The notes under the pieces are model-generated. The model worked only from the letters and a program-made list of their open reading frames with translations, searched no databases and had not been told where the DNA came from. From an uncultured virus (IMG/VR IMGVR_UViG_3300006930_000005) (lineage: Duplodnaviria; Heunggongvirae; Uroviricota; Caudoviricetes): a DNA stretch of 58,216 bases. A program made the translations under genes and the position numbers. Positions within the stretch are counted from its first letter, which is position 1. Each line of letters opens with the position of its first letter. The stretch lies in the IMG/VR virus record IMGVR_UViG_3300006930_000005; one strand, written 5' to 3'. Positions 19,328-30,700 of the stretch are shown here, piece by piece.

Positions 19328-22300
19328 ATGGCAAGTAAATTTGAAGTACTCTTAACTGGTACTCTCGACAAAAAAGACACAGACTTAAAAATCAGAGAAC
19401 AGATTAAGAGTATAGAAAAAAATTTAAGTTTAAAAATAGACCCTAAGGTTAGTACCGCTGGTATCAAAGGTGCTTCTAGCAGTATAGGGCAAATAGGAAC
19501 TGCAGCTAAGACTAGTACTAAACATGTACAAAATCTTGGTGACCAACTAGGTAAGTTCGCTCAATGGCAAATAGTTCGGTGATGTTATTCACGGTGCGAT
19601 GTTTGCTATGTCGGATATGGTTACGCAAGTTGTTGCGCTGGATAGTTCTTTGGTTGAATTATCTAAAGTATCAGATTTATCAGGAGATGCTTTAAAATCA
19701 TTTTCAGAAGATGCGTTTAATGTTGGCTCTCAAATAGGAGCTACGGGTTAGAATAAAATCTTGGCTCGTGACATATAGTAATATGTGTTGGAAAAAATCA
19801 TTCTAAATCCCAGAACCCCCTAAAGCTTAAATAACTACAGCGTAATAATGAAATATATATAGGCGCGAAAGTGAGAAATCGTTAAAAATATTTAAGATGG
19901 TATATGGTTGAAAAACCTAAGTATTTGTACAATGGGCAATTGGGTACGAAGTTCCGAATAGGAATGTGTCTAACGACTATCCAGAAATGGAGTACACTCA
20001 AGTGAGTGGAAAAGAATGACTCCCTAAGGGGATGAAGATATAGTCTATTCTTATGTGAAAGTATAAGGGAGGTTTAAATAATGAGAAAAAGTAATTCACC
20101 TTTAAATATAGAAGAGGTGGAAAGAAGATTCAAAAAAAAGGGTTTAAAATTATTAGAAAAAAAATATAAAAATAATCATCAATTATTAGACTGTGAAAGT
20201 GAATTAGGATATAGATATAATTTTAATGTTAACGAGTTAGATAATGTAAAATTTAATAAATTAGTTTATACTCGTAACAAATGGAGTTTATATAACATAG
20301 AAAAATTTATTATAAATAATAATATAAATGTTCAATTGGTTAGTAAGAAATATAAAAATTCTAGGGAACCATTAGCCTTTAGGTGTAGATGTGGTAAAGT
20401 ATATAATAGTTCTTGGGATGATTTTCAAGGCAGAAGAAGATATTTTTGTAGTGAATGTATGAATTTAGAGCGTTCAAAAAGATTAGATTTTGATTTTGTA
20501 AAAAAAGAATATCAAAAAATGGGTCTAAGAGTTTTAGATGGACAAGTTTATAAAACTAATCGTGATTTACTTGAATGCGAAACAGAGGATGGATACAGAG
20601 TTTTTAAATCATATACTAATTTATATAAGACAATAAAAAAAAATATATTTTCGTATAAATATAATAAAAAAAACTATGTTTATAATGTTAATAATTATTT
20701 AAAATTAAACAATATTAATAGTAAATGTATTGATTTATTTGATTATAAAATTAGCGAAAAAGGTCAATATTGGATATCTCTTGAGTGCGAATGCGGAGAT
20801 GTTTTTAAATCTTGTATAGATTATATAAGAACAGGTAATTATAAATGTTCAAAATGTTATAATTTTGTTTCTAAAGGAGAATTGAAAATTGTTGAAATTT
20901 TAACAAATAACAATATAAATTTTATTCAACAATATAAATTTAAGGATTGTATAAGTAAAAGATGTCTTCCTTTTGATTTTTATTTACCAGAATATAATAT
21001 TTGTATTGAATTTGATGGAATTCAACATCATGAAGCTGTAACACATTTTGGCGGAGAAGAATCTTTTAAATCTACACAAGAAAGAGATAATATTAAAGAA
21101 GAATATTGTAAAAATAATAATATAAAACTAATAAGAATCCCTTATTTTGAATTAAAAAATATTGAAAAAATATTATTAAACGAACTTCCATTAAGGAAAT
21201 AACGAACCTTAATAAATATAAAAGAAAGATGTAATTGACGCAACTACTTTATTTGCCCAAGCAGGTTATGCCGCTAAAGACGCATTAGATTTAGGCGCTG
21301 AAGCTATAATGTTAAAAAATATAAGCGAAGCAGGAGCAACAGCCGAAGGTAGTGCAAATACTCTTATTTCAACTATGAAAGCGTTTAAATTAGAAGCAGG
21401 AGATGTAAGTCATGTAGTTGATTCGCTGAACGAAGTAAGTAATCGGATATGCGGTTTCTACAAACGACCTGTCGACAGCCCTTGAAAAATCGGGTGCTTC
21501 ACTAGCTTCTACGGGTACAACGCTTGAAGAGACATTACGGTTTAATAACTTCAGGAACAGAAATCCTAAGAGAACCTCGGAAGAGTTGCTCGTGGCTTAA
21601 GTACAATACGGAGCTAGAATAAGAGGAGTAGGAGAAGATGGTGAAGCTTTAGCAGGTTTAACTCCTAAACTTGAAGATTTAGTTAAATCTGTAACAAAAG
21701 GGCAGGGGGTTCTAGACTCTCAAACAGGAGAATTACGTTCAACATATGATATTTTAAAAGATTTATCAGAGGGTTGGGGTAGTTTAACTAGCATGCAACA
21801 ACAAAACCTTGCAGAACAAGTAGCTGGTAAACATTTTTGCCAGTATGTACCGAAATGTGCATAAAGAAGAAATCTAATTGCTGGAAAACCCTAAAGGTTT
21901 AATCACTACAACATAAGGATGAAATAAACCTAAGTGTGAATGTTATGAAAATAGAAAAAAGATTAAATATAATATATGGTTGAAAAACCTAAGTATTGGA
22001 ATAATGGGTAATCAGCAGCTAAGGTCTTAATAGGACAAAGTTCAACGACCATCCCTTGGTTAGAGATAACAATAGGAGTAGGGCTCAAGTTTAGAGTGGG
22101 TGAGAATCCCTTGAATCGAAACGGTTTCTTGCGTAGTATTAGATAGTACCGCAAAATATATGGTCTGGGCTCATATGAAAATATGAGAAGTTGTTTAATT
22201 TATAGAAGGAGATTATATGAAAAAAAAAGAAATAATAGATATGTATAAAAAAGAAGGATATTATATAATTAATGAATATCCAAATAAAAGCAAAAGAATA

Positions 22301-25300
22301 AAATATATAATAAAAAAAGATGGATATTTATTTTTATCAAACCCAAAGGATTTTAAATCTGGAGTTAGACCTAATATAGTTGACAATAGAAATCCTTATT
22401 CTATTCAAAATATATATAATTTTATAAAAATAAATAAAATAGAAAGTATATTATTATCAGATGAATATATTAATAATAAAACTAAATTAAAATTTAAATG
22501 TAAATGTGGGAATATATATATTGCAGATTGGACACATTTTAGAAATAATCATAATTGGAATTGTATTGATTGCACTGTAAAAAGAACACATAATTTACAA
22601 AAACATAAAATGGAAGACGTAAAGCAAAAATTATTAAATAATGGATTAGAACCATTATTTGATAATTACTCTCATAGTCATGATTTTTTGCCAGTTAAAA
22701 ATAAAGAAGGTTATAAAATAATGATAACATATGTTAATATTGGGAAAGTAAATGGAGAATTAAAATTTCATAAGTCTAATCCATTTACAATAGATAATAT
22801 AAAACATTTTTTAAAAATAAATTATATTAATATAGAATTAATGTCTAAAGAATATAAAGGATTAAAATCAAAATTAAAATTTAAATGTAGTTGTGGTAAA
22901 ATGTTTTACACAGATTTACATTCTTTATTATATAATGATAAAAGAAGATGTGATAAATGTTCAAGAACTCAATCTAGTCTGGAATTAATGGTTGAAAAAT
23001 ATTTAATAAATAATAATATAAAATATATATCAGAATATAGATTTAAAGATTGTAAAGATAAAAGACCATTACCTTTTGATTTTTATTTGCCCGAGTTGAA
23101 TTATTGCATAGAAGCAGATGGAATATATCATTATAAAATAGTAAAACATACTAAAGAAACGCATTTAGAAAATCAACAAATAAGAGATGAAATTAAAAAT
23201 AAATATTGCAAAGATAATAATATACAATTATTAAGAATTCCTTATTGGGAATTTAGAAATGGAAATTATATTAATATATTAAACAACTTTTTAAAGGAGT
23301 AAACGACCTTTAAATAACTTTCAGAAAAATCAATTTGTTTTATTTCAGGCTATTATGTCAAATTTTTCCAGTGCTATAGGTGCTACAGAATCTGCTTATA
23401 ACTCTTTAGGTTCGGCAGAAGAAGAAAATGCAAAAAGGATGGATAGTGCACAAGGAAAAATTACTCAATTGCAATCAGCATGGGAAGAATTAGCGACAAA
23501 GACGCTAAGTAGCGACACAGTAAAAGGATTCTTATCAATAGCAACATCTCTTGTTAAAATAGCAGATGCGGCAGGTGGATTAACACCGATATTAACAAGT
23601 CTAATGGGTGTATTCTTAATGATGAATGCTACAAAGATAGCATCATTTATACCAACAATGATAACTGGCTTCCAAGGAATGATGACTGGGGTAAAAGCGT
23701 TTAACATCGCTTTAACTCAAGGAAGATTAGGACTTGCAACATATGCTAGTACTATGGTAGCAACAGGACAAGCAACAAGTACAACAGCAGCATTAACAGC
23801 GGCAGCAGTTCCTATAATAGGAGCGATAACAATAGCAGTATCTGCATTAGTAATGGCTTATAATAGTTATCAAGCATCTGTACAAGCAGGTATAGATTTA
23901 GCAAAAGAAGAAACAAAAACACATGATGAAAATATAACAGCATTAGAAGAAGCAAAGACAAAATACGATGAAATAGCTAATAGTACAAAAAGTGACGCAG
24001 ATAAAAAGAAAGAGTTAATTACAGCACAAAAAGAACTTAATTCAGCTTTAAAAGGAACTCAAGTAGAATTATCAAATGAAACTGGCGAAATAAATAAAAA
24101 CATAGAAGCTATAAAGAAAAAAATTAAAGAAGAGGCAAATGCAAAAGCAGGTGCTGCTTTAAGTGCTATAGATACAAGCAAGACAGAGAAAAAAAAAGGA
24201 CGCGTAGTAGGTTATGTTGAAGAAACAAATGAGGCTACAGGTAAAAAAAAAGAGGTTTCAGTTTCTGATGCTGAAAGAATAAATTTATGGAAAAAAGAAG
24301 TAGAACTTATAGGTGCTAAAACAAATGCGACTAAAGAAGATATTGCAACAGCAAATAAATTTAATGAAGCAGTAGCTGCAAATATAGGTTGGTATAACGA
24401 GCAAAAAGAAGCATGGCAAAGTTATGTAGATGCAAGAAGAGAACAAGGAATACCTTTAACAGCAGAAGAAATTGAACAAGCTTCGCAATATAGGGTTGCT
24501 GTGGCTGAAACTACTGCTGCAACTCAAGAAAACACAGAGGCGACAAATCAAAAATCTCAAGCGGAATTAGAAGCTAATGCTATATTAACAGAAACGGCTC
24601 AACATTTAGCGGACGTATCTCTTGGAGAAGATAATTTAATAAATACAGGGACAGAATATGCTAACGTAATAAATGCGATAAAAAATGAAATTGACTTATT
24701 AAATAGTGCTTATACAGAGCAAGCGGCAAATGGTCAAATATCTTTAGATACAGCTTTAAATCTTATATCTGCAAATTCAGATTACATAAATTATTTATCT
24801 ATTGAAAATGGTCAAATAATATTAAATGCTAATGCACAAGATTTATTAAATCAAACTAAAATACAAACAGCCCAACAAAATATAATATTAGCAAATCAAG
24901 ATTTAGTTAGTAAATATGCAACAGAAGGAAGTGCAACAGCTGATTTAGCAGGTGCTTATTTGGCTTTAGCAAGTGCAAAAAATGCAGCGGCTAATGCTGG
25001 AGAAGGTGCGGCGGAAGATGCGGCTAAACTAGGTAATCTACAAAAACAAGTAGATATGATAAAATCTTTACAAACAACAGCAGTATTTAAAGGTAGTTCT
25101 CAAGTAGGAGTTGCAACTAAATACACACCAAAAGCATATACACCTTCTACCTCTGCTTCAAAATCATCTGCGGCGGCAGCAAAAGAGATATATAAACCAC
25201 AAATAGATTGGTTGCAAAAATATGAAAACGCTGTTGATAATGCAAAAGATGAAGTAGATGCTCTAAAATCAGAAATGAGTAAAACAGAGAATTTCCAAAA

Positions 25301-27751
25301 ACAAGAAGAAATAACACATGCTTTAATTAGAGCAACTAACGACCAAATTTATCAAACACAACAATTAAAAAACGCACAAGTAGGGCAAACGCAAGAAGCA
25401 ATAAACCAATTACGTAACTATGGATTTGCAATTGATTATAACTCAGAGAAAAGTGAACTATACATAAACAACATAGGAAGACTTGGAGCATTCACAGGTG
25501 ATACTGCCAAAGCAATAGAGAAACTAATAGACCAAACACAATCATTAAACAAAGATAACATGGGATTAGATAGCTCTATAAGGGATTTAACTGGAGATAT
25601 ATCAGATTACTATAAACAACTAGCAGAGTTTCCTGAAAAGAAACTTGAAAAGTTTAACGAGTTAATGAGCGAATTCCAAGAAAGTCAATTAAATGCAATT
25701 GAGAATAAAATAGCTGACTTAGAAAATGCAATGAAAAAGGATTCAAGATTAATTGCATTAAACAAAGAAATAGAAGCATTAAAAGCACAAACAGAAGAAG
25801 TTGATAAACAAGCTGAGTTAAATGAGAAATTACTTAATATAGAGAAAGCTAAAATTGCTTTAGAGAACTTAAAGAAACAGAAGACAGTACAAATATATAG
25901 GTCTGGCAAAGGTTGGGTAAAAGTATACATGCCCAGTAATATAGTAATATATTATGTAATAAGTAACTATATATGTCAAAGGATAGGGGTATCAGAGACA
26001 TAGGAAAGATTAATACGTTAAAGGATGGTTATATGAATAATAATAAAAAATTTACTTTTGAAGAAGTAAAAAAAGATTTCGAAAATAAAAATTATACTTT
26101 ATTAGAAACTGAATACATAAATTCAATTTCTAAGATGAAATATATATGTAATATTCATGAAGAATATGGCGAACAATTTACTAATTATACTTGTATAACA
26201 AAAAGTAAAAATACTTGTTATAAATGTAAAGCATTAGCTATTAAAGAGAGGCAACATAAAAATAAAGAATATAGAGAAAAAGAATGCAAACCAATTTGTG
26301 ATATTTTAGATTTAATATATGTAGATTCTAAAACGATAAATGGATATTGTTTTATTGGTTTTATTTGTAAAAAACATAAAGAAAAGGGAATTCAATATAC
26401 TCCAAAATATAATTTAAAAAAGGCTAAAGTAGGATGTAAATATTGTACTAATAAAATGGTAACAATTGAAGATTTAAAAAATCACAAAGGATTAGCTACA
26501 AATGTAGAAGTTATAGGTGAGTATATAAAAAGTAATATTCCAATAGAGTGTAGATGTAAAATATGTGGCAATCAATGGAAAGATACGCCTAATCATTTAC
26601 AATCAGGAAGAACTTGTTCTTGTGTCTATTATTCTATAGGAGAAAGAAGAATAGCTGATATTTTAAGTAAATTTAATATTAAATTTATACCACAATATAA
26701 TTTTGTGGATTGTGTTTATAAAAATAAATTATTTTTTGATTTTTACCTACCAGAATACAATATTTGTATCGAATATAATGGAGTACAACATTATGAATCT
26801 GTAGAATATTTTGGAGGAGAAGAGAAGTTTAACATTCAACAAGAAAGAGATGATATAAAAAGAGAATATTGTAAAGAAAATAATATAAAATTAATAGAAA
26901 TTCCTTATTGGGAATTTAAAAATATAAAAAATATAATAAAAAATAACGTATTAAAATCCTTAGAGACTGCAGGATGTTAATGGTAACATTAATATTGAAG
27001 TTACTCTCCTATTTAAAATAGGATGAATATACAGTCCAAACTGCAACTATAACCCAATAGTATAAAATTGCAGAATTAGCCAGAAATGACTAATCGCCAT
27101 ATTTTTTTATATGGTCAGTAGGAAGAAATTCCGAAAGTAATAGAGTGATACGAAGCAGACCAAAGCGCCATAGAAGATGCACAAGAAGAGTTAAAATCTC
27201 AACAAAAAGATTTACAAGACTATTTAACTGATGAACAATTAAGCAACTTAGAAAAACAAGCTAGTGATATTGAAAAGAGCTACCAAGATAAAATTGACGT
27301 ATTGCAAAATTTCTTAGATGAACAAAATTATCTAATAGAGAAATCTGGTAGAACTGCAATAGAGACATTTGGAGCGTTAAGGGATAAATTAGCAACATTT
27401 GGAATAGATAGTTCTAACTATCTGTCTACAGCGACAGATTGGTTAAATAAGTACAATGCGGCTCTCAAAGAAGTAAATAAAACTAGTTCGATTGGAACAA
27501 CATCGCAAACATTATTTACATCAGGAGTTTCAGCCAACTCTAATTTAGCATTAACAGGAATGACTTATGAATCTTTATTAGCTAGTGTAGCACAATCTAC
27601 AATAGCAACAAAATCAAACGGTTCAAATAATACGACTAATATAAATATAGAGAATATAGAATTACCAAATGTAACAGATGTTGATAGTTTCTTGGATGCA
27701 TTAGATACTTTACCTGATTTAGCAAGTGCAAGAGCAACATTAAGAAAATAA
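19328..27751 (+). CDS. tail tape-measure protein; exons 19328-19748, 21225-21828, 23325-25918, 27148-27751; five CGG +1 sites; about 1405 aa
   Basis: Spliced junctions read IGATG|KDVIDATTLFAQAGY, QVAG|KNQF and GWV|YEADQ. Exon 1 (421 nt) minus 1 and exon 2 (604 nt) minus 4 are exact multiples of 3. Confidence 0.88.
19749..21224 (+). mobile_element. group I intron 1 of the tape-measure gene
   Basis: P1 ACGGGT/GCTCGT with U.G at the splice site, P10 ATCTT/AAGAT, P7 GACTA...ATATAGTC, terminal G. Confidence 0.85.
20081..21202 (+). CDS. intron-encoded homing endonuclease (Vsr/PD-(D/E)xK-like C-terminus, Cys-rich repeats)
   Basis: SKGE...LPFDFYLPEYNICIEFDGIQH...RD..K..YC..NNIKLIRI. Confidence 0.8.
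   Translation: MRKSNSPLNIEEVERRFKKKGLKLLEKKYKNNHQLLDCESELGYRYNFNVNELDNVKFNKLVYTRNKWSLYNIEKFIINNNINVQLVSKKYKNSREPLAFRCRCGKVYNSSWDDFQGRRRYFCSECMNLERSKRLDFDFVKKEYQKMGLRVLDGQVYKTNRDLLECETEDGYRVFKSYTNLYKTIKKNIFSYKYNKKNYVYNVNNYLKLNNINSKCIDLFDYKISEKGQYWISLECECGDVFKSCIDYIRTGNYKCSKCYNFVSKGELKIVEILTNNNINFIQQYKFKDCISKRCLPFDFYLPEYNICIEFDGIQHHEAVTHFGGEESFKSTQERDNIKEEYCKNNNIKLIRIPYFELKNIEKILLNELPLRK
21829..23324 (+). mobile_element. group I intron 2 of the tape-measure gene
   Basis: P1 GCTGGT/GCCAGT, P10 ATTTTT/AAAAAT, AATCAGCAG, P7 GACCA...TATGGTC, terminal G. Confidence 0.85.
22217..23302 (+). CDS. intron-encoded homing endonuclease (same family as 20081)
   Basis: PLPFDFYLPELNYCIEADGIYH; repeated LKFKCxCG. 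Confidence 0.8.
   Translation: MKKKEIIDMYKKEGYYIINEYPNKSKRIKYIIKKDGYLFLSNPKDFKSGVRPNIVDNRNPYSIQNIYNFIKINKIESILLSDEYINNKTKLKFKCKCGNIYIADWTHFRNNHNWNCIDCTVKRTHNLQKHKMEDVKQKLLNNGLEPLFDNYSHSHDFLPVKNKEGYKIMITYVNIGKVNGELKFHKSNPFTIDNIKHFLKINYINIELMSKEYKGLKSKLKFKCSCGKMFYTDLHSLLYNDKRRCDKCSRTQSSLELMVEKYLINNNIKYISEYRFKDCKDKRPLPFDFYLPELNYCIEADGIYHYKIVKHTKETHLENQQIRDEIKNKYCKDNNIQLLRIPYWEFRNGNYINILNNFLKE
25919..27147 (+). mobile_element. group I intron 3 of the tape-measure gene
   Basis: P1 TGGGT/GCCCA, P10 GTAT/ATAC, P7 GACTG...TACAGTC, terminal G; splits the Val codon GT|A. Confidence 0.85.
26033..26980 (+). CDS. intron-encoded homing endonuclease (same family)
   Basis: SIGE...FFDFYLPEYNICIEYNGVQH; likely start ATG 26033. 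Confidence 0.8.
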   Translation: MNNNKKFTFEEVKKDFENKNYTLLETEYINSISKMKYICNIHEEYGEQFTNYTCITKSKNTCYKCKALAIKERQHKNKEYREKECKPICDILDLIYVDSKTINGYCFIGFICKKHKEKGIQYTPKYNLKKAKVGCKYCTNKMVTIEDLKNHKGLATNVEVIGEYIKSNIPIECRCKICGNQWKDTPNHLQSGRTCSCVYYSIGERRIADILSKFNIKFIPQYNFVDCVYKNKLFFDFYLPEYNICIEYNGVQHYESVEYFGGEEKFNIQQERDDIKREYCKENNIKLIEIPYWEFKNIKNIIKNNVLKSLETAGC

Positions 27752-27771
27752 AAAAATAAAGGGGTGATATT

Positions 27772-30700
27772 TTGGGAAGTAAAGAAAAAAGAGGATTAGA
27801 AAATATTTTACAATCATTAGAAAACTATATAGAACCAACACTTGATAAATTAAGATTTGATAAGACTTATAAGGCAAAAGTAATAACTAATAAGGGAGAT
27901 GGTTTATATACTGCGCAAATAAATGGAAAGCAATATGATTTAAGAGCTAGTAGTAGTGAATTATTACCTGGAACAATAGTATATGCAAAAGCCCCTTTAA
28001 ATAACTTTTCTGATATTTATATAGAGACATCAGGTGTAGGTGGTGGGGCAATTAACTATGAAAACCTTATAAATAAACCATCTATAAATAATGTTGAATT
28101 AATAGGAAACAAAAGTCTTGCTAATTTAGGAATACAACCAGCAGGTAATTATATTGTTGATAATGATTATGTTCATACAGATAATAATTATACTGATGCT
28201 GATAAAGCTATTGTAGATTCTTATACAGCTTTAGATGTTTTAAATAAGATAAAAACAGTTGATGGAACGGGGTCTGGATTAGATGCAGACCTCTTAGATG
28301 GACAACATAGTACATATTTTGAAGCAGTTGGGAATAAAGTCACTAGTATAAGTGGAACTTCTACAGATGTACAATATCCAAGTGCTAAATTACTATATGA
28401 CCAAATAACTCCAGTAAATAATAGTGTTTCTTCTCTTTTAAACGAAAGAGAGTTAACTTTAGAACCAACAGGGTTTACAAATAATGAAAATATAACAGTT
28501 AACTATAATTCTACAACAAGACAAGTTACTTTAACTGGTACATTTCAAGCTTATTATAAAGGAGTTTTAGTTTCTGCTTTAACAAATGGGTGGGTAAGTC
28601 CTGCTCATGCTGATGTAGCTGGAACATATTATCTTTATTACGATGGTAGTACTTTTCAATTTTCAACAGTTCCATGGACTTATGATAAAATACAAATAGC
28701 ATTTGTACAATATGGTACAAATAATCTAGCAGTAAAAGAAACACATGGTTTTATGCAATGGCAATCTCATAGAGAGTTACATAATACAATTGGCGCTTAT
28801 AAAGAAAGTGGTGGAGTTTTTAATAATTTCACACCTAATAGCACAACTCCTGCAAATAGAAGACCAGATATAACAGCATTAGTTTTAAATGATGAAGATT
28901 TAAGAAGCACAGTAAATGCTTTAACAACTAAGGCGTATACACAAAGAACTTTAACAGGTTCAGCTGTAAGAACTTTAACAACAAATGCAACTGAGATATT
29001 GCCAGTAAGTGGTTCTACACCTTATTATAATTTAAATACTAATGGTGTTTGGTCTCAAGCATTAATGACAAATAATAACTACGCAGCTATTTTTGTTGTT
29101 GGAATACCAACAACTGCTGATACTCAAAGTCAATTATATAGATATATGTTTATACAACCACAACAAATTGGTACGTTAGATGTAATTAATAGTTTAACAC
29201 CTGCTAATTTAACACTAGGAGATGTTTCTAACTTTGTTAGTGAATTTGTTTTCTTTGCTAAAATAGTAATTGAATATTCTGGAAATGATTGGAGGATAAC
29301 TTCAATATCAGATATAAAAGGAAATGTCTTAACAATAACACAAACTACAACAACAACTCATAACAGTTTGAGTGGACTCCAAGGTGGTGGAATTGCAGAG
29401 TATTATCATATAACAGCGGCTCAAAATATAGTTGTAGGAAATACAAGTGGTGTAAATACAGGAGATGAAACAAATACTACGATAAAAACTAAGTTAGGGG
29501 CAGCGTCTGCTATAAATGATGGTTATTTAACAAGTGCTAATTGGACTACTTTTAATAATAAACAAAATGCTTTAACTGCTGATGTTGATTATTTAACACC
29601 TGGAACAGCTTCTACAACATATGAACCTAAAAAAGGAACAGATGATAATTACGTAACAGATGCAGAAAAGTTAAAAATAGGTAATTTACCAAGTGATACA
29701 AATACAGCATTAGGTTTAAAGGCTGATTTAGTTGATGGTAAAGTGCCAGCGTCTCAATTACCAGCATTTGTAGATGATGTTTTAGAATTTGCTAATTTAG
29801 CTGCTTTCCCAGTAACCGGAGAAGGTGGTAAGATATATATAGCAATGGATACAAACAGAACTTATAGATGGACTGGGACAGGTTATGCTGAAATATCAGA
29901 ATCTTTAGCTTTAGGAGAAACATCATCTACAGCATATAGAGGAGATAGAGGTAAAACAGCGTATGACCATACTTTCTTAACTAATAATCCACACAGTGTT
30001 ACAAAAGCTCAAGTGGGATTAGGTAACTGTGATAATACAGCCGATGTATTAAAACCAGTCGCTACGCAAACTACCAATGGTATTATGTCAAGCACTGACA
30101 AAGCTAAACTTGATGGCATAGCTGTTAATGCAAACAACTATGTTTTACCTGTTGCAAGCACTTCTTTAGGTGGTATTAAGAGTGGAACAGATATAACAGT
30201 TGATGGTAGTGGAAATGTAAGTGTTGTTGATGATAGTCATGCTCATACAAAAATAAAATCAATAGATGATAGAGATAGAAAACCAGCTGACACAACAAAA
30301 GGAAATACAGAAAGTACGTTTATGAGTTTAGGTGGTATGACAGGAGCGGCAGATAATGATTATCAAGACATGTTAGTTTTGAATACATATGCAGATGTAA
30401 GTGGAGGGAAAGTTAATGCTTTAGTATTTGATAAATCAGAAATGAAGATAAGGCATTATCAAGCAAGTCAAACAGATACAACATGGGGTGTTCCTAAAGT
30501 ATTAGCTTATAATGACGTTGTTACTCAAACTACTAATGGTTTAATGTCTAGTACAGATAAAACAAAATTAGATGGCATAGAAGTAGGTGCACAAGTTAAT
30601 GATACAACAAGTTATGTTCCTTATACTAACGCAACTAAAAGCGTTGATTTAAACACACAAAGAGTGTATGCTGGAACAGAAGAATTAAATCTTGATAGTG

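Noticed and set aside
19577..19582. TGA readthrough or genetic code 4 as the explanation of broken ORFs
   Set aside because: Homology continues in the +1 frame, not frame 0; Trp is TGG throughout and TGA ends normal genes.
21963..22154. 63-aa antisense ORF
   Set aside because: Lies on the opposite strand of the intron 2 ribozyme core.
23355..26003. Track ORF as a stand-alone 882-aa gene
   Set aside because: It is exon 3 of the tape measure; its last ~28 codons run into intron 3 and it has no convincing SD.
27302..27751. Track ORF as a separate gene
   Set aside because: In frame with exon 4, which starts at 27148.
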